Shown here in pieces: positions 18,804 to 26,701 of a DNA stretch of 64,000 bases (positions are counted from its first letter, which is position 1; each line of letters opens with the position of its first letter). The position numbers were made by a program, and so were the translations under genes. Under the pieces are notes generated by a model. The model was given only the letters and a program-made list of their open reading frames with translations. It did no database searches and was not told the DNA's origin. Origin of the DNA: Pseudomonadota bacterium (GTDB taxonomy: Bacteria; Bdellovibrionota_B; Oligoflexia; Oligoflexales; RGVZ01); the NCBI GenBank assembly GCA_041178085.1, contig JBEGVZ010000119.1, positions 1-64,000 of the forward strand. The letters run 5' to 3'.

Positions 18804-20161
18804 ATCACCCTGCCAGGAAACAGCTGCGTCTTGCATTGCCGGCAATTTTCAAATTGTGCACTTGCGTGTGCGCGGCCGTGGTCATTTGTGCAGGCGCCGA
18901 TGCGTCCAATGAAGCCCCCCTTCAACTCAGTCTGAAAGAAGCCACCACAAGAGCAATGGCAGAGAGCCGCCGGATCAAGAAAGCCAAAGCGGAATATGCA
19001 GCGGCGGCAGCGGATTCGGACATTGCCCGTACGGCTTTTATGCCGACACTGTCCTTCACGTCGAAGACGGGCACCCTGCACGACCGTGACCAGGTGCCCG
19101 GGGACAGGGAACCTCCCGTGACCGCCAGGGATCGCAACCACTACGAAGCCCAGCTGCTCCTGAGGCAAAACTTGTTTTCTGGCTTCAGCGACTTGCACAA
19201 CGTGCGCGCAAGCAACGCCCGTCGCAGCGAAGGGGAATGGGCCCTCAAATCGACCGCGCTCGACGTCAGCCTGGACGTGATCGAGCAATATTTCGGCCTG
19301 CAACTTGCGAAGGCGGAACTCGACGCCGAATTGCAAATCTTCAAACTTCGGGAACAACAGTTCACAGAGGCCCGTAGTCGCGCTGCCCAAGGCAGGGCAA
19401 CCAGCCTCGAGCTGCTTGAATCCGAGTATGCGGTGCGCGCCCAGGAGCCGGTGATCAAATCCCTGGAAAGCGACATCGCCAGCAAATCTCTGCGGCTGGC
19501 CCGCTTGGCGGGATTGCCGCTCGACAAGGGCTTTACACTGACCGACGCCCTGACGGATGTCGGCGCAGTACTGGGTTCATCCAAGCTTCCGGAACTCGAC
19601 AAAGCCTACGCAGAGGCCCTCGAACAAAGCCCCGAACTGAAACGGGCCGAAGCGACCTGGGAGCGCCTGGACTGGGAGCGCGCGCGTGACACGGCCCGGC
19701 ACCTGCCTACCGTTTCCATCGACATTGCGGCGGGTTACCGCTCCGGACTGCGCAGTGACTTTGGCACGGAAGACACCCTGCGTTATTCCGGTTTGGTCAC
19801 CCTCGACGTCCCGCTTTTCTCCGGACTTGGCAGCTTTGACGAGCGCCGGAAAAATTCAGCCTTGCTGAGCGCCGCCGCGGAAGAGCAGGCGATGGCACGT
19901 GAGCAGCTTCTGCAAGACCTGACCGACGCCTACCGGCAACTGGACCTGGCTGAGGCAAAGGTTGCCGCGGAACGAAAAAACAAGGAATTGACCTCCAAGG
20001 CGGTGGAGAATGCGCGCAACCTGTTCCGCAACGGCCGCGCCACCCAGGCCAACCTTCTTGACAGTTATTCCAGGGACTTGGCTGCCCTGCGCAATCACGC
20101 CCGTTCGCTTTACGACCGGGTCATTGCAATTGCCAAAATCAGGATGCTGACGTCTCCCTGA
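18800..20161 (+). CDS. TolC-family outer membrane efflux protein
   Basis: Signal peptide, LSLKEA, two OEP repeats (FMPTLSF...QNLFSG; HLPTVSI...VPLFSG; GRATSLELL / GRATQANLL). Confidence 0.92.
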   Translation: MNHPARKQLRLALPAIFKLCTCVCAAVVICAGADASNEAPLQLSLKEATTRAMAESRRIKKAKAEYAAAAADSDIARTAFMPTLSFTSKTGTLHDRDQVPGDREPPVTARDRNHYEAQLLLRQNLFSGFSDLHNVRASNARRSEGEWALKSTALDVSLDVIEQYFGLQLAKAELDAELQIFKLREQQFTEARSRAAQGRATSLELLESEYAVRAQEPVIKSLESDIASKSLRLARLAGLPLDKGFTLTDALTDVGAVLGSSKLPELDKAYAEALEQSPELKRAEATWERLDWERARDTARHLPTVSIDIAAGYRSGLRSDFGTEDTLRYSGLVTLDVPLFSGLGSFDERRKNSALLSAAAEEQAMAREQLLQDLTDAYRQLDLAEAKVAAERKNKELTSKAVENARNLFRNGRATQANLLDSYSRDLAALRNHARSLYDRVIAIAKIRMLTSP

Positions 20162-20188
20162 GCTCTACTTGACAGGCGGTCGCAATCG

Positions 20189-21079
20189 ATGGGAGGGATG
20201 AAACAAATGGCAGGAGAATCCATGAAAAAATTCGGGCAAATCGCCCTTCGTTGGGCCTCGTGGGCCAGCGCGCTGCTTGCCGTACCGCAAGCCGTTCCCC
20301 TTTGGGCCACAAAAGCCGTCGCGTTGAACAGTGACATCACCGGGATTTATGTTGGTTCCATGCACCTGGTGGACGGCAAGGAACGCGACATTCCGCTCTC
20401 CCTGTCACTTACGCTGACTGATGAAACCGTCTCCACCCCCACCGGACTTGAATATGTGATCGACGGCGCCTTCGTAGTCGACGATGAAGGTGGACCGTAC
20501 ACCTTTACCAAGGTCTCCTATGACCTGGACAACAATCGCTTCGACATGAAGTACAGCCGTCCGCGCATGGATCCGACATCCACTTCGCCATCGAGTCTTC
20601 GTCTGGTCGGCGGACTGGACGAAGATGGCGGTATATCCGGCAAGGTCAGCTCAGGAGTTTTCGGGCCCATCGGAACCTTCAAGGTCAAGCGGGACGATTC
20701 GCTGCATAGCGTGCCCTTCAAACAAAAGTACGTCGGCAGGTGGCAAGGCAGTTTCCGCAACCTTCGCTACAACTCTGACGGCTTCATTGAAATCACTCTC
20801 CAGCCTTCAGCACGCAACACGGAAAATCCACCAGGAATGGAATTTGACTTCACGCCCGGGCGCCGTGGCGGTTATTCGACCAACGGAATCTGGATCGCTT
20901 CGTTCAACGATGTGGTGATCGACTACCTGCGTCGTAAGGTCATCATGAACGACGATGAAGGCACGATCTCGATTGAAATGGACATTGACGTAAACGACAT
21001 GACGATCAGCGGGGAACAAAATTCCGCCGCGTGGGGGCGCACAGTCACCTTCAGTCGCTTGACCCGGGCAGGTCGATGA
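20189..21079 (+). CDS. Hypothetical secreted protein with two beta-rich modules, paralogous to 17421-18803
   Basis: Signal-like N-terminus; TGIYVG...IPLSLSL...VSYD; stop overlaps the mutS ATG (ATGA). Exact start uncertain. Confidence 0.75.
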   Translation: MGGMKQMAGESMKKFGQIALRWASWASALLAVPQAVPLWATKAVALNSDITGIYVGSMHLVDGKERDIPLSLSLTLTDETVSTPTGLEYVIDGAFVVDDEGGPYTFTKVSYDLDNNRFDMKYSRPRMDPTSTSPSSLRLVGGLDEDGGISGKVSSGVFGPIGTFKVKRDDSLHSVPFKQKYVGRWQGSFRNLRYNSDGFIEITLQPSARNTENPPGMEFDFTPGRRGGYSTNGIWIASFNDVVIDYLRRKVIMNDDEGTISIEMDIDVNDMTISGEQNSAAWGRTVTFSRLTRAGR

Positions 21080-23784
21080 CCCTCCGCGAAGATCCTTCCG
21101 CCGCGGGTCAGCAAGCACCGCTGACCCCGATGCTTCAGCAATACTTCGACCTCAAGGCAAAGGCCGAAGGCGCAGTTCTTTTTTTCCGCATGGGCGATTT
21201 TTACGAGATCTTTGGCCCTGATGCCGAGGAAATCGCCCCCAAGATGGACGTCGTCCTGACCAGCCGGGAGCGCGGCGACGCCGAGCGCATGCCTTTTTGC
21301 GGTGTGCCGTATCACAGTGTGAAAACCTACCTGCTGAAACTGCTCCGACAAGGCTACAAGGTCGCCATTGCAGAACAGCTTGAAGACCCGGCCAAGACGA
21401 AGGGCCTTGTCGAACGCGGAATCGTCAAGACGCTCACGCCGGGCTGTATTGACGAACTGGAAGGCATGGATTCCACATCAACGAATCATGTCCTCGCAGT
21501 TTTTGAGTGTCCGGATACCAAGAGATGGTCCGCACTTGTGATTGAACTATCGACCGGTGAGTTGCGCCTTGGACAAGTGAAGTCGAGTGACTTGCCAAGG
21601 CTGGTCCAGGTCTTTCGTCCGCGAGAGGTCTGGGCCCGCGCTTTCCAGCATGATCTGTTGAAGGGGCTGATCCCGGCGGCGCAAGATGACTTCACGCCGC
21701 TGCTGGAACCACTCGCGGAAGGGCCCTTGCGCGACCACGGCCTTGCTGCGCGCTTGCTCGGCGAATGCCTGGGCAAGGCTGGCCTTGATTCGTTCCCGTG
21801 TGGAAAAATAGCTGGCGGCGATGCGCTGGTTGCATCTGCCATCCAACGCCTGCGTAACCTCAATGCGGCGACGACGCAGTTTCGCTCGGTAAAACCCTTG
21901 TTTGACCCGGATCACATGATCCTTGGCCCGACTGCGATCAGAGACCTTGAACTGTTCGAGACTGCACTGCGCCGCCAGCAGGAGGGCAGCCTTGCCCGGA
22001 CCATCGACCGGACCATGACGCCGATGGGTGCGCGCAGGTTGCGCGAGCTTCTGGCAAGACCTCTCGTTGATCGCGAACGCCTCGTTGCACGACTTGACGT
22101 CGTTGAATTCCTGGCAGCGCTTGGTGACAACCGCTTGGCGGAATTCCGCGCACATTTCAAGCGCGCCGGCGACTTGACCCGTCTGGCCACAAGAGTCATG
22201 GGACGCGTTGCCCATCCTGCAGAATTGGCGCAGATACGCCAGACACTTGCCAATGCGCGGGAGCTCTCGGCTGCCATCCATGCGATGGCCACTGTGGGAA
22301 AAAAGGCCCCGCTTCTTGCCGGATTGTCCGGTCCGCTGGAGAAATGTGACGCGGTTCTCAAATTGCTTGCCGGTGCTTTGGCTGAAAATCCTGGTTCACT
22401 GGGAACAGGATGCGGGACCTTCCGGGAAGGATGGGACCACGAACTTGACCGCTGCAATGCCCTGGCTCAAGGGGGCGAAAGCCAGGTAGGTCAGTATGAA
22501 CAGCAGCTGCGCGGTGAAACCGGCATCGGCAGCTTGAAAATAAAATCGCACAAAACTTTTGGGCTTGTGATTGAAATCACACGGGCAAACGCCGGCAAGG
22601 TGCCCGCGGGCTTCACCCGGCGCCAGACCATGGTCAATTGTGAACGTTTCTCGACCCCGGAACTTGATCGTCTGAGTCACGATCTTGTAGCCGCGCAAGA
22701 TGCGGCGATTGCACGCGAAGGGATCCTGTACGGCGAACTCCTGGAAAAAATTGCTGGCTGGCGGGACGAGATTTATTCGTGCGCCGAAGCCATCGCAGAA
22801 GCTGACGTGTGGCAATCATTCGCCTGGCTCGCAATCAAAGAAAAATATTGCCGCCCCATCACTGCCATGCGGCCATCAGCGGGCAACACGGTTGCGCCAG
22901 CGATCCGGCTGCTGGCGGCCCGCCACCCGGTTGTCGAGCACAACGTGGGGCGCACACGATTTGTCGCCAACGATGTGGAGATGCTGGACGGGACCCGGCA
23001 ACTGCTGATCACCGGACCAAACATGGCTGGTAAATCAACGATCATGCGTCAAACGGCGCTTTGCGCGATTCTGCATCAGGCAGGCTGTTTCGTCCCCGCC
23101 GCCCAGGCTGAATTGCCGGTATTTGACCGGGTTTTTACCCGGGTTGGCGCGTCAGATGACCTGTCGCGAGGCCTCTCCACCTTCATGGTAGAGATGACGG
23201 AAGTGGCTGAAATCCTGCGTGAATCGACCTGCGACAGCCTGGTCATCCTGGACGAGGTGGGGCGCGGGACTTCGACTTCGGACGGTCTGGCCATTGCTGC
23301 AGCAATCCTTGAAGAAATCACCACCAGAAATACTGCGTGGACGTTGTTCGCGACCCACTACCACGAGCTTGTCCCGATGGCGGCCAATCTGCCCGGGGTG
23401 CGTCCAGTCCAGACTGAGGTGCTGCAAAAGGGAACAAAAGTGACCTTTACCCATCGCCTGATTCCCGGAGCAGCAGGAAGTTCCTACGGAATCGAGGTTG
23501 CGCGCCTGGCCGGCGTACCGGCAACAGTCCTTACGCGGGCAGCGCGGCTGCTCCAACAACCGGTTGGATCTGAGCCAACAGCTGCCTTAAAAACTGGCAG
23601 CGTCGGCGACCCATCGACAGCCGAAATTGCATACCATCCAGTCCTTGCGAGAATCGAAGCTGCGCGGATCAACCGCATGACGCCCCTTCAGGCCCTGAAC
23701 CTTCTTGCGGAGTTGCAGGCCAGCCTTGCGACCGCCGTGCCCGGCGGCGCGGAAGAGACGCAGGGGAGCCTTTTTCCAGTCTGA
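21076..23784 (+). CDS. mutS: DNA mismatch repair protein MutS
   Basis: LTPMLQQY, FFRMGDFYEIF, GPNMAGKST, STFMVEM, DEVGRGT, SYGIEVA; C-terminal QGSLF clamp-binding-like motif. Confidence 0.97.
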   Translation: MTLREDPSAAGQQAPLTPMLQQYFDLKAKAEGAVLFFRMGDFYEIFGPDAEEIAPKMDVVLTSRERGDAERMPFCGVPYHSVKTYLLKLLRQGYKVAIAEQLEDPAKTKGLVERGIVKTLTPGCIDELEGMDSTSTNHVLAVFECPDTKRWSALVIELSTGELRLGQVKSSDLPRLVQVFRPREVWARAFQHDLLKGLIPAAQDDFTPLLEPLAEGPLRDHGLAARLLGECLGKAGLDSFPCGKIAGGDALVASAIQRLRNLNAATTQFRSVKPLFDPDHMILGPTAIRDLELFETALRRQQEGSLARTIDRTMTPMGARRLRELLARPLVDRERLVARLDVVEFLAALGDNRLAEFRAHFKRAGDLTRLATRVMGRVAHPAELAQIRQTLANARELSAAIHAMATVGKKAPLLAGLSGPLEKCDAVLKLLAGALAENPGSLGTGCGTFREGWDHELDRCNALAQGGESQVGQYEQQLRGETGIGSLKIKSHKTFGLVIEITRANAGKVPAGFTRRQTMVNCERFSTPELDRLSHDLVAAQDAAIAREGILYGELLEKIAGWRDEIYSCAEAIAEADVWQSFAWLAIKEKYCRPITAMRPSAGNTVAPAIRLLAARHPVVEHNVGRTRFVANDVEMLDGTRQLLITGPNMAGKSTIMRQTALCAILHQAGCFVPAAQAELPVFDRVFTRVGASDDLSRGLSTFMVEMTEVAEILRESTCDSLVILDEVGRGTSTSDGLAIAAAILEEITTRNTAWTLFATHYHELVPMAANLPGVRPVQTEVLQKGTKVTFTHRLIPGAAGSSYGIEVARLAGVPATVLTRAARLLQQPVGSEPTAALKTGSVGDPSTAEIAYHPVLARIEAARINRMTPLQALNLLAELQASLATAVPGGAEETQGSLFPV

Positions 23785-23787
23785 CGC

Positions 23788-23860
23788 CGAAGGCGAGGAC
23801 CGCAGTTTACTGTCTGGTAAATGAGGCCCGGAGCCGAGGAGCAACGCAGTAGATCGCCCT
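23788..23860. repeat. Partial (internal) copy of the adjacent MITE/REP-like element
   Basis: 73 bp nearly identical to 23907-23979. Confidence 0.85.
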
Positions 23861-23870
23861 GACAGGACTG

Positions 23871-23994
23871 GCAGGGTGTTGAAAAAGGGTGAGATGCAAG
23901 GCGCGACGAAGGCGAGGACCGCAGTTTACTGCCTGGTAAATGAGGCCCGGAGCCGAGGAGCAACGCGGCAGATCGCCCTTTTTCAGCACCCTGC
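23871..23994. mobile_element. 124-bp MITE/REP-like element with 19-bp terminal inverted repeats
   Basis: GCAGGGTGTTGAAAAAGGG ... CCCTTTTTCAGCACCCTGC (18/19 match); internal TTTAC-N6-GTAAA hairpin; no coding capacity. Confidence 0.75.
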
Positions 23995-24086
23995 TAATGG
24001 GCATTGCACGCTGCTACCTGAAAGGGTTTAATGGTCAGATTGGGACCGGAAGGCCTGTGCCGCAGGGACACCAATGAATTCATTTT

Positions 24087-24962
24087 TTGGACGTGACAGT
24101 GCTGAAGAACCTTTTCAAAAAAGTAATGTCTGGCAAGGAGTCAGACTCAGCCGCTGGCAAAAAAGAAGCCCAAACGGGCAAGGGCAAGGAAGGGCAGAGC
24201 ATGGCGAAAAGCAAACCAACCAAGCAAACTGGCAAGGCAGCAGCCGCCAAGAAACCAGCACCGGCCAAAAAGCCGGTAGCCAAAGCCCAGCCTAAGCAAC
24301 AGGCGAAAGCCCCCCAGAAGCCGGCAGCCAAACCAGCTCCTAAATCTATTGCGGCAAAGCCTGTGGCCAAAGACAAAGGCAAGGTTGAAGAAAAGAAAAC
24401 AGTCACGGCAAAGCCCGTTGCCGCAGCTGCGAAATCAGTCAGCTCCCCGAAATTGAAACCGACACCAACGCTGTCTAGCGCAAAACCAGCGCCGAAGCTG
24501 TCGGCCCGGGATGATGATGGGGACGATGCACCCTCAAAGCCTGTGCGTGCTGGTCTATCGACCGATCTTTTCAGTGAAGAGGAACTGACTACGTTCCGGA
24601 ACCTCCTCAACGAAGAAAAAAGGAAGATCCTTGCCAAAGCGAGGGCTGCTACCGCCAGTGGTAACATTGCCCTGGAGAAGGACGAGATGTATGACGAAGT
24701 CGACCTTGCTTCGGCGACGGTCGAGCAAAACCTGACCTTGAGACTTCTTGACCGGGACCGCAAGTTGCTGGCCGAAATCGATCATGCCATCGACAAGATC
24801 GATACGGGTGACTACGGATTCTGCGAAGGTACCGGCGAGGCAATTCCGAAGCGCCGTCTTGAACTCCGTCCTTGGTGCCGGCACAGCGTCAAGTACAAGG
24901 AGCAGCTCGAACGGATGAAGAAGTCTGGCCGCGGCGTGGCCGACGAGGACGAAGCGTTCTAA
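24087..24962 (+). CDS. dksA: DksA/TraR family transcription factor with long Lys/Ala/Pro-rich N-terminus
   Basis: DEVDLA coiled-coil tip (DxxDxA), YGFCEGTGEAIPKRRLELRPW; true start may be ATG 24201. Confidence 0.88.
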   Translation: MDVTVLKNLFKKVMSGKESDSAAGKKEAQTGKGKEGQSMAKSKPTKQTGKAAAAKKPAPAKKPVAKAQPKQQAKAPQKPAAKPAPKSIAAKPVAKDKGKVEEKKTVTAKPVAAAAKSVSSPKLKPTPTLSSAKPAPKLSARDDDGDDAPSKPVRAGLSTDLFSEEELTTFRNLLNEEKRKILAKARAATASGNIALEKDEMYDEVDLASATVEQNLTLRLLDRDRKLLAEIDHAIDKIDTGDYGFCEGTGEAIPKRRLELRPWCRHSVKYKEQLERMKKSGRGVADEDEAF

Positions 24963-24967
24963 AAAAG

Positions 24968-24996
24968 AAAAAGGCCGGCGAAAGCCGGCCTTTTTT
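24968..24996. terminator. Bidirectional intrinsic terminator
   Basis: AAAAAGGCCGGC-GAAA-GCCGGCCTTTTTT between convergent genes. Confidence 0.9.
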
Positions 24997-25016
24997 ATTT
25001 CTACTCTTGCCTGGAT

Positions 25017-26345
25017 TCAGTTGCACTTTGCCGGTGTGGTCACACCAGTACCATTGGCGGCAAGTGCTTTGTACTGGGTACAAACTGCGGTCAAATTTGC
25101 ACCGGTCAGGCTGCTATCACTTTCAATCTTGGCCGCGAGGGCTTCCACTGCAGTCTTGCTGAACTGACCTTTCAGCGCACTTTGCTGGCTGGCACTGCCG
25201 GTTGCGCCAGAAATGGTGCTTGCTGTCGTCTTGAGTCCGTCCATGGCCTTCGTGATGCTGCCAGAGATGCTCGCAGTGCTTGAACTCATGGCAGCAAACG
25301 CCTGACTTGCTGAATTCATGGCTGACAACATTGCAGCCAACTGGGTTACACCGGTCGCGGCCGTTGGAAAGAGTGTGTTAACGGATCCCATCAGGTCTGT
25401 CGTTGCACCCAGCATATTGGAGGCTGACGTGAAGGTGGTGGACTGATACAGGGTCACGCGTTTTTGCAAATTGCTTTTCGTAGTATCGGTGCCGGTCGAG
25501 TAATTCACGACAGACTGGAAGGCCAGAGCTTCTGCGATATGCGAAAATGCCCAGATCAGGTGGATGCTGCCACGCCGCTTGCCTGAGCGCCGTGTCGACA
25601 CCGGGCAGGTCGCCAGCTTGTCGCGGGGATCATCGGCATCACGGACCGCGTCCTCAATGAAACCGCAAAGGTATTTCGGAACCTGGTTCATTGCCGCGAG
25701 CAAGGGAACTGACCCGCGCAAGTCATCGGTCACAGCGTCTGGCGTTACCAGCGGATAAGACGAGTAGAATGTTTTCCCATAGGTCGTGGAATCCGTGTAC
25801 TCGGTCGAAAGCAGGGGAATGTCCCGCGTATCATCGACATCAACGAGGGAGCTAAGGCTGCCCAGGGTGGACGCGACGTTGGAATCTGCGGTTGTCGCCG
25901 CCGCCAAAGGAGCAGGATTCATCGAATCCTTCTGGATTGCATCCGCCATGACCTCAAGGTCAACCTCCCAGTCACCGGTCAGGCGTTCGGGGACCTGGTT
26001 CAGGTTTGTGGAAGTCGAGCCTGAACCCATGTCGATCAGCTTCTCGATCAAGGTGAAGGTATCCATTCCCCCCTGGGCCAGACTGATATAACCCATGATC
26101 ACGGCGCCATGCTCGTTGTTGGGATCCTGCTTCAACGCCTTTGAAGCAAGCTTGGAGGCATCGCCAAAGGAACCTCGGTCATAAGCTGCGCGCGCACGGA
26201 CCAGAAGGCTGTCGACGCCATCGTCGTCCGCCCATATCTGGTTGATATTGGTACCGGAACCGCATGCAGCAAGGACTGCGGTGACCAGGAAAAGTCCGGA
26301 TACCCTGACCAAAGCTGCCGCGACGCCAATTCTTGAAATACCCAT
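25017..26345 (-). CDS. Hypothetical lipoprotein with N-terminal TPR-like motif
   Basis: LAAC lipobox; ARAAYDRGSFGDASKLASKALKQDPNN TPR pattern; Ser/Thr/Ala-rich helical C-terminus. Confidence 0.8.
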   Translation of the reverse strand: MGISRIGVAAALVRVSGLFLVTAVLAACGSGTNINQIWADDDGVDSLLVRARAAYDRGSFGDASKLASKALKQDPNNEHGAVIMGYISLAQGGMDTFTLIEKLIDMGSGSTSTNLNQVPERLTGDWEVDLEVMADAIQKDSMNPAPLAAATTADSNVASTLGSLSSLVDVDDTRDIPLLSTEYTDSTTYGKTFYSSYPLVTPDAVTDDLRGSVPLLAAMNQVPKYLCGFIEDAVRDADDPRDKLATCPVSTRRSGKRRGSIHLIWAFSHIAEALAFQSVVNYSTGTDTTKSNLQKRVTLYQSTTFTSASNMLGATTDLMGSVNTLFPTAATGVTQLAAMLSAMNSASQAFAAMSSSTASISGSITKAMDGLKTTASTISGATGSASQQSALKGQFSKTAVEALAAKIESDSSLTGANLTAVCTQYKALAANGTGVTTPAKCN

Positions 26346-26360
26346 GCGTGCCCCCGAAAA

Positions 26361-26657
26361 TCACTCGGTGAAAAAGATAATTTTTTCGTCACCGTCGGTG
26401 ACGTGGTATTTGTCCCGAAGAACCTTACGCGCATAAACCTTGGAAGACTTGATTCGCTCAATCTCTGAGCGCATCTCACGATTTTCGTGTTCCAGAGTCG
26501 CAACAGCAGCTTCAAGGCGGCGTGCGCTGTCCTTCAGCTTGAAGTAGGCGCCGATCGAGCTCCGACCGCGAACGATTCCCACGGCCAGCACAAAAACAGC
26601 GAACCATCCGATCCACCGGATCGCGGCACGGATGTCATGTTCCATGCGGAATTTCAT
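26361..26657 (-). CDS. ftsB: Septum formation initiator (FtsB/DivIC family)
   Basis: Single TM, coiled coil (LEHENREMRSEIERIK), ARKVLRDKYHVTDGDEKII. Confidence 0.75.
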   Translation of the reverse strand: MKFRMEHDIRAAIRWIGWFAVFVLAVGIVRGRSSIGAYFKLKDSARRLEAAVATLEHENREMRSEIERIKSSKVYARKVLRDKYHVTDGDEKIIFFTE

Positions 26658-26701
26658 GCCTCGATTGTATCACCGGGCACACGGGGAAGGAATTCGGGCG
26701 G

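Noticed and set aside
23788..23979. Repeated 73-bp sequence as a CRISPR array
   Set aside because: Only two copies, too long for CRISPR repeats, one lies inside TIRs, and no cas genes are present.
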